Assembly: GCA_020353515.1 (NCBI GenBank)
Contig: CP070695.1
Coordinates: 1,999,814 to 2,063,813 of the forward strand
Length of the DNA: 64,000 nucleotides
Origin: Candidatus Heimdallarchaeota archaeon
GTDB lineage: Archaea; Asgardarchaeota; Heimdallarchaeia; Hodarchaeales; Hodarchaeaceae
Reading direction: 5' to 3'
Both the position numbers and the translations under genes were made by a program. Numbering within the stretch: position 1 is the stretch's first letter; each line of letters opens with the position of its first letter. Shown in pieces: positions 9,277 to 19,718 of the stretch. The notes under the pieces were generated by a model that was given only the letters and a program-made list of their open reading frames with translations, did no database searches and was not told the DNA's origin.

Positions 9277-9310
9277 TTTCAGATGTCCATTATATCAAGA
9301 GACGTTACCT

Positions 9311-10063
9311 TTATCCCTCAACAAACGCTTTGATTATTTCTTTGATTCTCCATTGTGTTATATCTAAATTATCTTCATCAACAAAGATGACAACCGTATA
9401 GGGGAATACATTGAACATTAAACAATGAAAGTTCTTTGATAAGGCAATATGGAAATTCTCAATAGGAAAAGAGGTACGATTTGATAGGTCAAGTAGCGTC
9501 TTAATTGCTGTTGAAACCTCATTACTAAATATACTGAACCTTTCACTTACTAGATGAGTATAAAGTTGACTCATTTCAGGTCGTAAGAAGATGATCATAT
9601 TATCAAAAATTCTATCTTGATAGCTGTGAATTTTTTCTAATAATTGACTCAGTTTCGTCTCATCAATATGAAGTAACGAGTTATACGCTTCAATTAATTC
9701 TTTTGAAAAATCGAAATTTGATGGTTCAACTCCCCCATTTGGTGAGTTCAGTTTTTCTAACTTTGGGTGAAACTGTTGTTCGAAATCTTCAACTACTTTG
9801 GCAATGAATTTTTCAAAGATAGGACCAGTTTGAAAAGTAAATAAAATTCCAAAAACAAACTCTCCCTCGGCAAGAATTGCATTATAGTTGCCATAATTAA
9901 CGATTCTCGTCTCTTGTTGACCGAAAGTTTCACCCATGACACGCATAATCGCAGTAATCAATCCACCTCTGATATCACTATCAGTAAAGAGAGTATCTGG
10001 TCTAAATTCATATACAAATAGAGGAATCCCACTTTCTTTACTTGTTATCTCTAGACCAATCAT
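9311..10063 (-). CDS. Longin-like domain plus second longin/roadblock-like domain protein
   Basis: ITSKESGIPLF...GGLITAI...FG..beta strands..FEQQF pattern typical of Asgard longins; second alpha/beta unit at C-terminus. Confidence 0.65.
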   Translation of the reverse strand: MIGLEITSKESGIPLFVYEFRPDTLFTDSDIRGGLITAIMRVMGETFGQQETRIVNYGNYNAILAEGEFVFGILFTFQTGPIFEKFIAKVVEDFEQQFHPKLEKLNSPNGGVEPSNFDFSKELIEAYNSLLHIDETKLSQLLEKIHSYQDRIFDNMIIFLRPEMSQLYTHLVSERFSIFSNEVSTAIKTLLDLSNRTSFPIENFHIALSKNFHCLMFNVFPYTVVIFVDEDNLDITQWRIKEIIKAFVEG

Positions 10064-10233
10064 CGAAATACTCTCATTACGGAGGGAAGTGATGTTAAAT
10101 TCTATCGAGATTACCTATTTGCAACTTTCAACCTTTAAGAATTTAACCTTATCAGCTTCATTTCGTATTCTTCTTATTGAATTTTTTTTCCTTTCTTATT
10201 TCTTTGTTGTTAATGTGTTAATTAATGGTGTTG

Positions 10234-10998
10234 TCACTTAGGCTCCATATTTTTCAAGTGCCTATCTTTTATTCGTTTGGCTGGAGCCCCCACCCATACA
10301 CCATTAGGAGGGACTTTTGTACCTTTCTTCCAACCACTCATAATTCCTAGCATCGTGTTGTCTCCAACTTCAACACCTGGTCCGACAACACAGTATGAGC
10401 CGATAGTGCAATTTTTCCCAACTTTTAATGGTTCAATTACAAATTGTCTATTTTCATTCGCATGGCCTGAGAGAACAGAATTCCACCCTATAAATGAATT
10501 ATCTCCTATTTCGACTAATGGACAGTCAATCCATGTGTTTGTTGCGATATGCACATTTTTACCACACTTCAACCCATACAATCGCATGAGATAAGGAAAA
10601 AGAAATATACCCCAAACGAAGGGAAGAAAAGTGAAGACCTTTATCATTGATTTAAAGATCCCATCAGCAGTAAGGCGAATAGCAATCAACCGCCCTTTAC
10701 TGGAATGATGGGGATAGTTTCCAGGCTTAATTCTATAGGGTAATGTCAGTCTTACAACAAGCTGAGAATGAATTACCCCATAAAAAATGACTGTAATACA
10801 ATATGCGATAAAGAAATATAACGGGGCTAGAAGACAGTGAAGAAGCTCTGGTTCTGTATTTAAATAAAAAAAGAGAAGCCATCCTTCTGGGAAGAATGAT
10901 ACCAAAAGTACACCTATGGTCAGTATGAAATATATTGCAAGTCTAAATGTGTCAATAATTGATTCGAGTGACATAATAGCCGAAATTTGCTTATTCAA
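10234..10998 (-). CDS. Membrane-associated hexapeptide-repeat (left-handed beta-helix) acyltransferase
   Basis: N-terminal TMs; GKNVHI, IGDNSFIG, VGKNCTIG, VGDNTMLG, WVGAPAK. Confidence 0.85.
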   Translation of the reverse strand: MNKQISAIMSLESIIDTFRLAIYFILTIGVLLVSFFPEGWLLFFYLNTEPELLHCLLAPLYFFIAYCITVIFYGVIHSQLVVRLTLPYRIKPGNYPHHSSKGRLIAIRLTADGIFKSMIKVFTFLPFVWGIFLFPYLMRLYGLKCGKNVHIATNTWIDCPLVEIGDNSFIGWNSVLSGHANENRQFVIEPLKVGKNCTIGSYCVVGPGVEVGDNTMLGIMSGWKKGTKVPPNGVWVGAPAKRIKDRHLKNMEPK

Positions 10999-11082
10999 TT
11001 AAAATTATTCTCAATATTTTTTTATAATGAAAATTCCTGTAACATTTATCTATGAATGGAATGTATTTAGAGGGGTATTATA

Positions 11083-12282
11083 ATGGTTGAGAATTATGAC
11101 GTCGTTGTAGTAGGTGCAGGACCAGCTGGTAGTGTTGCAGCCTTGAAAGCTGCTGAAGGGGGAGCTAATACTCTTCTTCTGGAGAGATATCATCTACCTC
11201 GGTATAAACTCTGTGGTGGTGGAGTAGCAAACTGGGTTATCAGGCGCTTTGATATACCAAAGGAGGTACTCCAGAGGAGATATGAAGTATTATCATTCTT
11301 CACACCTCCAAGATATGATCGTCATGATCTGGATCTAGGAACAACAAGTTACTTTGGAGTTTATAGAGATGAATTTGATTACTATCTGACCACAATGGCT
11401 GTAAAGAAAGGCGTTAAGTTACGAGAGCGAATGAAAGTTACGGGAGTAATTAAAGATAAAGGGCAGATTCAGGGAGTCATAACTTCCAAAGGAGAAAAAA
11501 TCCTCTCAAGTCTGGTAATTGCATGTGATGGAGCTTCCTCAAGGATAGCAAAATTATCTGGGATGTGGGGGGATTGGGGTCATTGTTCAGAAAAAAAATG
11601 GTACGATCAGATGAGCTATTGTGTAGGTATAGAAGTACAATTAGGAAAAGAAATTATTGATAAGAGGTTCGAAAACTCGTACATGATCTTCACGGGAAAG
11701 GATATAGCACCCTTAGGGTATGCATGGCTGTTTCCCAAGCGAGAAAATGTATCAGTTGGATTAGGATCAATGGCTAAAACCCTAGAAAGGAAACCTATGG
11801 AATACATGAACCATTTCTTGAAACATAATAAAGTGGTTTCAAGTTTATTAGAAGGAGGGAAACTAATTATGTCAAAAGGAGCGTGGTTACCCGCATGGAA
11901 ACCTATTGGAAGTGTCTACAAGCCAAGTTTTGGTGCAGGGTTACTTATTGCTGGGGATGCTTCAGGTATGGTTTCTTCAATCACTGGAGAGGGCATCTAT
12001 TATGCGGTTAGAGGAGGAATAGAGGCGGGTGTGACTGCAGTAGAAGCTGTGAATGAAGGTGATTTCTCAGCAAATTTTCTATCAAAATATCAGGATCGCT
12101 GGCAAGCTTCAATAGGAACTGTGTTAGATTTTCAAGATCATATTTTTAAGGAAACTGTTGGAAAAATACTTAATATTGAAGATGAAAAGGAACGTGAGGA
12201 ACAATATGAGAGGGGATTCATTCAGGCGTTTAGAATGCTTATTGACTTTATACAAGAATATGCTAAGAAAAAACAAAATTAA
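11083..12282 (+). CDS. Geranylgeranyl reductase family FAD oxidoreductase
   Basis: VVGAGPAGS, KLCGGG, ACDG, GYAWLFP, AGDASG...GEGI. Confidence 0.9.
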   Translation: MVENYDVVVVGAGPAGSVAALKAAEGGANTLLLERYHLPRYKLCGGGVANWVIRRFDIPKEVLQRRYEVLSFFTPPRYDRHDLDLGTTSYFGVYRDEFDYYLTTMAVKKGVKLRERMKVTGVIKDKGQIQGVITSKGEKILSSLVIACDGASSRIAKLSGMWGDWGHCSEKKWYDQMSYCVGIEVQLGKEIIDKRFENSYMIFTGKDIAPLGYAWLFPKRENVSVGLGSMAKTLERKPMEYMNHFLKHNKVVSSLLEGGKLIMSKGAWLPAWKPIGSVYKPSFGAGLLIAGDASGMVSSITGEGIYYAVRGGIEAGVTAVEAVNEGDFSANFLSKYQDRWQASIGTVLDFQDHIFKETVGKILNIEDEKEREEQYERGFIQAFRMLIDFIQEYAKKKQN

Positions 12283-12315
12283 TACCATATTACATAAGTT
12301 CAGGAAAAGAGATAG

Positions 12316-13932
12316 ATGAATTACAGTACAAAAATTATTATTTTTTCCGATCTCCATATCAGTAAATTTTCTGGTTATTTCCATGAAGAAGCGTTTACAA
12401 ATGGGATTATGAGTATTGCCCAGGAGATTAGGAATAATCCTGAAACTATTATATTGAATATAGGGGATATTACCGACCAAGGAACCATTGAGGATTATAA
12501 TTATGCAAATGCATTGATTAAAGGAACATTTGCTACTCATGGGGTAGAATCTCCAACTATCCATTATATCCCAGGTAATCATGACTTCAGGAATATTGGA
12601 AGGGAAATTTGGCACGATTTATATGGTTTACGACATTTTTTTATTGATACTACAAAAAAAGGAGGGAAAGTTGTCATTCTTGGGATAGATTCTGTTGAAC
12701 CTGATGCAAACAGTGGACGTATCGGATCCCGAGGACGCGATGAGATTTTCGCAAGACTTTCGTCCTATCCTGATACAGTAGTAAAGGTATTAACATTTCA
12801 CCATCATTTATTACCGATTCCTAATACAGGCCGTGAGAGAAGCATGATTCGGGATGCTGGAGATGTTCTCCCTGTATTATGGGATGCTGGGGTTGACATT
12901 GTAATCGTGGGGCACCGTCATTTCCCCAATTGCTTCAGCATTTCCGATGGGAAGAGAAGAATGTTATTAATTAACAATGGAACCTTTTCTAGTCACAAGA
13001 CAAGAGGGAAAGCGGGTCATGTGTATTTATCCCTAGATATTAGAAATGAACATATAGAAGTCCAGTTTCATGGAATTGATCGGTATTCCATTTTTCAAAA
13101 ACCTACAACTTCAATGCACCCTTTGAAAGAAGGAGTCTTGGCTTCTTACTCTCTTCCCCAACCTTCTGATCATTTTCTTGCAAAAATTTGTCATTTGAGT
13201 TGCATCCATTTCACAGAAGGGAAGGATTTCCAGAAAGAAATTTTCGACAAGGGAATCAAGATGGTTCTTGAGGAAAAACCCTCAGTTGTCATTTCTTCTG
13301 GTGGATTAACCAATGATTCCTATGAAGAAGATTACAATTTGGCTAAAGGCTTTCTAGCTACTCTGAAAAAACAGAATCAACCAATTGTCCTTGTTCCTGG
13401 TACTCGTGATCTTCAACCTTTTGGTAAAAAGCTCTGGTATAGAACCATAGGATCTTTAAATCCGATATATGATGAATCTAATATTCATGTTTTTGGTATC
13501 AATACTGGATCTGAACCGAATGGGCTTATAGGGAGACATAACTTAAAATTATTAGAAAATGATTTTAAAAAATTCAAGGATAATCGAATCTTTATCATGT
13601 TAATGCATCACTCCTGTATGCCTGTTCCTCAAACAGCATTTGAACGAACAATTAAAGATGCTGGAGATGTGCTTGAATTTCTAACTCAACATAAAATCCC
13701 TATAATCCTATCGGGCTTAGGACATTCAGCTGGAGCTTTACAGGTAGAAGAGAGTGTTTTTATCAATGCAGGAACATTTTCATCAAAAAAAATCAGATCG
13801 GAGAAGAGAAATACGTTCAATATGCTTAATATTTATAGCAATAGAATTCTAACTGTAGAAGAAATTGAAGTTCAAAGTGGTAAGAGACACCATTTGGGGA
13901 GCTTCAGAATACCTATTCCTGACTTTAGATGA
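12316..13932 (+). CDS. Tandem calcineurin-like metallophosphoesterase (CpdA-like); second domain degenerate
   Basis: Domain 1: SDLH, GD, GNHD, HHH, GHRH. Domain 2: SCIH, GG, GTRD, MHH, GLGH. Repeated I.DAGDVL. Confidence 0.85.
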   Translation: MNYSTKIIIFSDLHISKFSGYFHEEAFTNGIMSIAQEIRNNPETIILNIGDITDQGTIEDYNYANALIKGTFATHGVESPTIHYIPGNHDFRNIGREIWHDLYGLRHFFIDTTKKGGKVVILGIDSVEPDANSGRIGSRGRDEIFARLSSYPDTVVKVLTFHHHLLPIPNTGRERSMIRDAGDVLPVLWDAGVDIVIVGHRHFPNCFSISDGKRRMLLINNGTFSSHKTRGKAGHVYLSLDIRNEHIEVQFHGIDRYSIFQKPTTSMHPLKEGVLASYSLPQPSDHFLAKICHLSCIHFTEGKDFQKEIFDKGIKMVLEEKPSVVISSGGLTNDSYEEDYNLAKGFLATLKKQNQPIVLVPGTRDLQPFGKKLWYRTIGSLNPIYDESNIHVFGINTGSEPNGLIGRHNLKLLENDFKKFKDNRIFIMLMHHSCMPVPQTAFERTIKDAGDVLEFLTQHKIPIILSGLGHSAGALQVEESVFINAGTFSSKKIRSEKRNTFNMLNIYSNRILTVEEIEVQSGKRHHLGSFRIPIPDFR

Positions 13933-13949
13933 TTATAAAAACAAACATT

Positions 13950-15002
13950 CTAATCTCTAACTAGATAGTTAATAACATTCTCAGAAATATCAAGGGAATA
14001 TTCAACTATTCTCCGAATACTTTCTACAATATTATCTAGGGGAATTGCGATAAAAGATTCTTGCTGAAAAGCATAATCCATGATCATTTTGCTTGTATCT
14101 TTGGGTTTAGAGATTGATTCAATATTCTGATTTGCCTTGTGAATATCTTTTTCAAACAATGCTTCTATGCTTATCTGGAAAACTTGGAGAGCAGAATTAA
14201 TGAATGATTCAATTTCTTCAATGATTTTCTTATCTATTACTTGGTCTTGAAGAGGAACAATATTGTCTGCAATCCTTACTGCGTGATCAGCAATTCTTTC
14301 AATGATTCGACTGATGAAAAACATGTTCGCTGCAGCTCCTGCAGTGATGCCCATTTTTTCTGCAAGAGGAGGATCGCTAAGAAGCATATTTGTCAATCTA
14401 GTAACCAACCAGTGGAGTCTATCAACATCATCATCAATAAGTTGAATATTCTCTGCAGTAGTTTTATCTGAGTCTTTTAAAGCCATAATAGCGGTCGAAT
14501 GCATGTTCTTTGCTGTTCTATACATTCTTTTTATTATATTTTCAAAGGGCATTTCTTCTGGTTTTAATAAATCCTTAATCAGAATGAATTCATCTCTTTC
14601 TTCAACTACTTCACAGCCAATAATATGTTGGACAAAATCTCGGATAACTAATCTGTAAGGAGGTGAAATAGGCTTAATTGAATTTATCTCTATTTTAGTA
14701 TAACCTGCAATGTAAGCTGAAATCAGATATCGATAAAAATACGTTGTGTCTGGGATTTCTTGAATATCAATTATTTTCTTTCTTTCGAGAGGTTTACCTG
14801 ATAAATTAGGTGTAATGAGGAGAGTATTGTCAGGTTGAGTAACTAATCCAAGTTTCATTCCTTTGATTTTGTCTTCATTTTCCTTGGTTTCATTCTCAAG
14901 CTGCTGAACATAATATGTCTCAACTAAGGAAGTTAACCACTCTTTTGGTAAGGTAATTACGTAAGAAGAACCACCAGTCTTCTGAATTTTTCGTTCTATC
15001 AT
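13950..15002 (-). CDS. phoU: AbrB-PhoU phosphate uptake regulator
   Basis: RKIQKTGGSSYVITLPKEW (AbrB/SpoVT), DDDVDRLH and IERIADHA PhoU motifs; ATG 15002 preferred to 15017. Confidence 0.9.
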   Translation of the reverse strand: MIERKIQKTGGSSYVITLPKEWLTSLVETYYVQQLENETKENEDKIKGMKLGLVTQPDNTLLITPNLSGKPLERKKIIDIQEIPDTTYFYRYLISAYIAGYTKIEINSIKPISPPYRLVIRDFVQHIIGCEVVEERDEFILIKDLLKPEEMPFENIIKRMYRTAKNMHSTAIMALKDSDKTTAENIQLIDDDVDRLHWLVTRLTNMLLSDPPLAEKMGITAGAAANMFFISRIIERIADHAVRIADNIVPLQDQVIDKKIIEEIESFINSALQVFQISIEALFEKDIHKANQNIESISKPKDTSKMIMDYAFQQESFIAIPLDNIVESIRRIVEYSLDISENVINYLVRD

Positions 15003-15092
15003 AATAATGGATCCCACACGTAAGTGTTGCGTGTCGTGTCTACCTAGGAAACCACGCTGAGATGATAATTCATATCTATATAACTTGAATGG

Positions 15093-15106
15093 AATATATA
15101 TATATT
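15093..15106. promoter_or_regulatory. AT palindrome in the divergent phoU/arsC promoter
   Basis: AATATATATATATT, perfect 14-bp palindrome. Confidence 0.35.
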
Positions 15107-15183
15107 ATTTAATAATTATATTTTTGAGCATTCAGAATATATAGTCTTTAGTTATGATATTGAGAGTATATGCAGCGTTTGAC

Positions 15184-15602
15184 ATGAACTCCCATGAGAA
15201 AACAGTTGTGCTTTTTCTTTGTACCAAAATTCAGCTAGAAGTCAAATAGCAGAGGGGTATTTAAAAGAAAAAGCATCTGATAAATATGAGGTACACAGTG
15301 CAGGAACGGAACCTTCCTTAGTGAATCCACTTGCTGTAGTAGTAATGGAAGAAATTGGCATAGATATTTCTCACTATACAGCAAAGAATGCCACCCAATT
15401 TCTTTACATGAAAATGGATTTTGATGTGACAGTTTGTGATAATGCCAAGGAAAAATGCCCCTTTTTCTTGGGGGGTAGAAGATTTATTCATAAAGGATTT
15501 CAAGATCCTAATGCAGTATCAAATGCTGAAAATGATAAGTTGAAAGCATTTCGTGAAGTTCGTGATGAAATAACTTCTTGGATAGATTCTGAATTCTTAT
15601 AG
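15184..15602 (+). pseudogene. arsC: Arsenate reductase ArsC (LMW-PTP fold), frameshifted in the P-loop
   Basis: ATG 15184 gives VVLFLCT, then a frame change near 15225 to QNSARSQ...SAGT..TVCD..EKCP..DP..FREVRDEI. Confidence 0.8.
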
Positions 15603-15785
15603 CAGTACTATTATTGATCTTTTGCGGATTTATTACAATTATTTCATAAACCTACAAAAAAACTAAGGAACCTTAGAAGTTTTCATAAAAAAAAACTACA
15701 ATTGTTTTTATATCTTTCCGTACTGGCAGTTGCTATTGCCACATCACATATCTATAAAAAAAGCACAATATTACTAAAACCTATA

Positions 15786-17144
15786 ATGTTTATCAATAAG
15801 ATTTTAGGGACTCAAGAATTACCTATTCAAGCTCAATACTATATGAAGACATTTTTGTATTTGAGTATGATAATCTCATTTTTGGGAAGTTTATCCAATA
15901 CTTTTTACGTTCTATTTAGTATTGATCATATAGGATTTGCACTTACTGCTGTTTGTACTAGTATCATGTTAGCTACTCAATTATTATTTGATTATCCATC
16001 TGGTTCTTTAGGAGATTGGATCGGCCAGCGTTGGGTCTTAGCAATCGCATTTATTTTTTATGGAATCTCCTTTGTTTTTTTAATTTCCGCGCATACAATG
16101 CTTGATTTTGCCCTAATTGCGGTAATAAATGGATTCGGTAACGCACAATCATCAGGAGCCTTTGCGACATGGGTAGATAATAATTATCGTGTGGCAGTCG
16201 GTGATGCTGATCCTGACAGAAAGATCTACGGCTTTTCTACATCTCGAGTAAATTCCCTTAACAATTTCGCACTAGCGGCATCATTTCTAATTGGAGGTAC
16301 AATAGCAACCCTGATTTCGCGTCGTATAGTTTTCACCATACAATTTGGATTAACAATCATCATCATCTTTCTGATTCTTATTTATTTGAGAGACATAAAA
16401 ACCGATACTCCCGTTGAATCTTCAGAGACAGGAACATCAAAAATTTCAAATTATATCAAATATCTTAAGGGTGGAATTCGATTTTTATTCTCAAGTAAGG
16501 CTGCTTTCCTCTTTCTCATTGGCAATGCAATTTTCAATGTCACATGGATGATTTGGGGTGGTTTAGTATTATTCCCATTATATTTCGGATATACAGGTAC
16601 AGATGCACTCGCAGGTTTACTCCGTACATCTCTTTTTTTGGCTGGAATTCCTCTATCATTTTATATAGCAAGAGTAAACAAACGAATCTCAAATGAAAGA
16701 CTTCCTATTTTCCTTTTCTTAAGTACAATTTTATTTTTCCCTTCCTTCATTATATTAACTACATTCATGCCTCCTACCAATGAATTTAATCTTCTTGGGA
16801 TTACTCTTACATTTTTCTTGCTATGGACTATTGTTGGTACAGTATTTAGTATTGCTCAGACTTTAATTCAACGAATTATGATTGATCTGGTCCCCTCTGA
16901 TTACCGAAATTCTGTTTATTCATTAATGCCAACGATTTTTTCTCTGATTGGTATTCCAGTTGTACCCTTAGCAGGAATTATAATCGAAAAATTCGGATTG
17001 GCTTCTGGGATTTTCACTGCAAGCATCGTATGCGTTATCGGGTCAGTATTAATCTCTTTCGGCGTGCACTTCATATATAAACCAAAAATCAAACCAATCG
17101 AGCGACCTTTGACTGATATTCAGGCAATTGCCTATGAATCTTGA
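15786..17144 (+). CDS. MFS transporter
   Basis: About 12 TM segments, DYPSGSLGDWIGQR motif A; ATG 15786 preferred to TTG 15702. Confidence 0.85.
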   Translation: MFINKILGTQELPIQAQYYMKTFLYLSMIISFLGSLSNTFYVLFSIDHIGFALTAVCTSIMLATQLLFDYPSGSLGDWIGQRWVLAIAFIFYGISFVFLISAHTMLDFALIAVINGFGNAQSSGAFATWVDNNYRVAVGDADPDRKIYGFSTSRVNSLNNFALAASFLIGGTIATLISRRIVFTIQFGLTIIIIFLILIYLRDIKTDTPVESSETGTSKISNYIKYLKGGIRFLFSSKAAFLFLIGNAIFNVTWMIWGGLVLFPLYFGYTGTDALAGLLRTSLFLAGIPLSFYIARVNKRISNERLPIFLFLSTILFFPSFIILTTFMPPTNEFNLLGITLTFFLLWTIVGTVFSIAQTLIQRIMIDLVPSDYRNSVYSLMPTIFSLIGIPVVPLAGIIIEKFGLASGIFTASIVCVIGSVLISFGVHFIYKPKIKPIERPLTDIQAIAYES

Positions 17145-17261
17145 AAAAGGATTCAACAATCCTTTCCAAGCTCTTATTTCTTCCATTTCAACCTTTTTTT
17201 TCGCAAATTCTTTAGTGATAATTTTCATTTACATATTCTAAAATATCTGATAAACAGGAAA

Positions 17262-19139
17262 ATGGAGATTCCTTTAAACGGAGAATGGAAATATTTAGTA
17301 GATTCAGAGAGTGTGGGAATAAACAATACTTGGTGGAAAGTAGAATGGATTTCGGCCCATTTCAAATCTTTAAAACAGATTATTTTACCAAATAATTGGA
17401 ATATAGTCCCAGAACTAGATAGATACGAAGGTATTGTTTGGTTTTTCTATTTGTTAGAATTTCATGAGAATATAAATAATTTTAAGGAATCTGATATCTT
17501 TCTTCAATTTAAAGCAGTCAATTATGATACTCGTCTTTGGATTAATGGAGTTAAATGTGGCGATCATCAAGGGAATTTTCTTCCTTTTAGTATTAAAATT
17601 GAACCCAATTTAATCAATAAGAAAAATTACATTGCAGTTCGAGTTGAGAATTTACGTAAAAGGAATAGAATTCCAACTCGGTCTCGTGACTGGTTTAACT
17701 GGGGAGGAATATATCGTGATATTTCTCTATGCATTCTTGAAAAAACTCGAATTGGCTGGGTTGGGGTAAAAACTATCATCCATGAAAGGAGTGCCACTAT
17801 TGAATTGAATTATGAACTCACCACTTTGAAAAGAAGACAAATAGACATTTCTTGGAAGCTCCTTTTTTTGGGAAATATCTCAACTCAAAAGCGACAAAAA
17901 AAAGATCCGATCTTAGTTGATTCTGGAATTATTTTCAAAAATCATCATTTAAAAAGAGGATCGTTTTCTCTTACAGTAGAGGAAGCAAAAATTTGGTCAA
18001 TAGATGATCCTCAGTTATATCAAGTTCAGTTGTCTCTTCAAGGTTCACATGAGCTTTATGTAACCCGTTTTGGCATTCGTGATCTTAAGATTGTTGGTCA
18101 TATCTTATTTCTCAACGATAAACCAGTATCAATGCGTGGAGTGTGTCTTCATGAGGAATTAGTTCTTTATGGGAGAGCTATTCCTAGAAGAAAACGTCGA
18201 AAAGACATTATAAATATCAAAAAATTAGGATTCAATGCTCTTCGAACGGGACATTACCCGCATGATGAAATGATTTATGACATTTGTGATGAGGAAGGTT
18301 TACTTGTCTTAGAGGAGATTCCGGTATATTGGGGAATTGATTTCAGTGACAAACAGGTATTTAAGCTTGCTGTTCGAATGCTAAAGGAAATGATTCGTAG
18401 AGATTTCAATCATCCGAGTATAATTTCATGGAGTACTGGAAATGAAGTTCCTGTTTTAAATAAGGATTGCGTACAATTCATGACTGCTTTAACAAGGTAC
18501 TGTAAATCACTGGATAATTCACGATTGATTACATTTGTCTTGGAGTTTTGGTCTGCTCTAATCGCACCTAAAGAAGTTATTGAAGAGGTAGATATTCTTT
18601 GCATTAATCAATACATTGGCTGGTATTATCTTAGTGTCTATAATCTGAACCTGTTCTTAGATAGCTTGCATCAACGATTTACAAATAAGATTGTGTTTAT
18701 TACAGAATTTGGCGCTGGGGGAAAATTTGGATATCATGATTCTTCAAAGTTACCAAAAAAATATTCAGAAGAACGACAAGCAGCAATAATTAGTCATTCA
18801 ATCAAGGTTATGAATTCAAAGACATATATTAAAGGATGGTTTATTTGGATATATCGTGATTTCCGAAGTCATATGCGATTAAATAAATTTCAGGAAGGTT
18901 ATAACCGAAAAGGAATAGTTTCAGAGAAAAATGAAATGAAACTTATTGCAAAGAATTTCCCACGTTTAGCAAGCAAAAAATTCGAGAAAAATCAAATAAA
19001 ACAACATAGAAAATTAGCAGCATTATTTTATGTAGCCTTTTATCCAATTATCAGGATAATGGCAATCATTATCACTCAAGTTCTTATAAAATTTTCTGAT
19101 AGCGGTGATAAGTTTTATGCAAAAGAACTGATGGATTAA
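17262..19139 (+). CDS. Glycoside hydrolase family 2 (beta-glucuronidase/galactosidase-like)
   Basis: LNGEW, DWFNWGGIYRD, RTGHYP, NHPSII.WS.GNE and ITEFG catalytic motifs. Confidence 0.9.
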   Translation: MEIPLNGEWKYLVDSESVGINNTWWKVEWISAHFKSLKQIILPNNWNIVPELDRYEGIVWFFYLLEFHENINNFKESDIFLQFKAVNYDTRLWINGVKCGDHQGNFLPFSIKIEPNLINKKNYIAVRVENLRKRNRIPTRSRDWFNWGGIYRDISLCILEKTRIGWVGVKTIIHERSATIELNYELTTLKRRQIDISWKLLFLGNISTQKRQKKDPILVDSGIIFKNHHLKRGSFSLTVEEAKIWSIDDPQLYQVQLSLQGSHELYVTRFGIRDLKIVGHILFLNDKPVSMRGVCLHEELVLYGRAIPRRKRRKDIINIKKLGFNALRTGHYPHDEMIYDICDEEGLLVLEEIPVYWGIDFSDKQVFKLAVRMLKEMIRRDFNHPSIISWSTGNEVPVLNKDCVQFMTALTRYCKSLDNSRLITFVLEFWSALIAPKEVIEEVDILCINQYIGWYYLSVYNLNLFLDSLHQRFTNKIVFITEFGAGGKFGYHDSSKLPKKYSEERQAAIISHSIKVMNSKTYIKGWFIWIYRDFRSHMRLNKFQEGYNRKGIVSEKNEMKLIAKNFPRLASKKFEKNQIKQHRKLAALFYVAFYPIIRIMAIIITQVLIKFSDSGDKFYAKELMD

Positions 19140-19156
19140 ATAGAAGAATCAAGGTC

Positions 19157-19627
19157 TTAGTAGAGCCCTAAACCTTCTTCTGGTAACCAATCTTGCCAAC
19201 CCACTATCCAATCAGGTATAGATGCTTCTTTTACCCGATCACACACGGGAAAATAAGCTTTCAAATCTAGAACAGGTGTTGCGTCAATAGCATCAATATT
19301 TTGAATCTTAACGAGTCCATTCTCATAATCTACATTCAAAATTTTAGCTGTTGTTAGAGCTATTGGATTTGGACGATATTCAGCACGAGTCGCAAAAACA
19401 CCCGTAACAGGCGGATTATCTCCATAAGGTGGTACACAATCTAATCGATTGCGCTGTTCTTCATTGTCGACTTTATTAGCCCACCATAGTATCTGAACAT
19501 GACTAAAGTGCTCTAACTGCTTGAGAGCGGGAATAAACTTCTCTAAAATTCGGATAATTACCTCATTATCAGTTCTTCTGACATAACCAATTGGGAAAAT
19601 AGTGAATTTTTCTTCTAAATTGTTCAA
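19157..19627 (-). CDS. trmO: TrmO/TsaA (YaeB)-like SAM-binding protein
   Basis: PIGYV, FSHV, GVFATR..RPNPIAL, DA.D.TPVLDLK. Confidence 0.85.
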   Translation of the reverse strand: MNNLEEKFTIFPIGYVRRTDNEVIIRILEKFIPALKQLEHFSHVQILWWANKVDNEEQRNRLDCVPPYGDNPPVTGVFATRAEYRPNPIALTTAKILNVDYENGLVKIQNIDAIDATPVLDLKAYFPVCDRVKEASIPDWIVGWQDWLPEEGLGLY

Positions 19628-19718
19628 AGTTACCTTCTCCTAATCACTATATTGATATATAATTGATTTAGTAAGTTCATTTAAGAGTTCTAAAAGTGGC
19701 AACTTTCGAGCAAATGTC

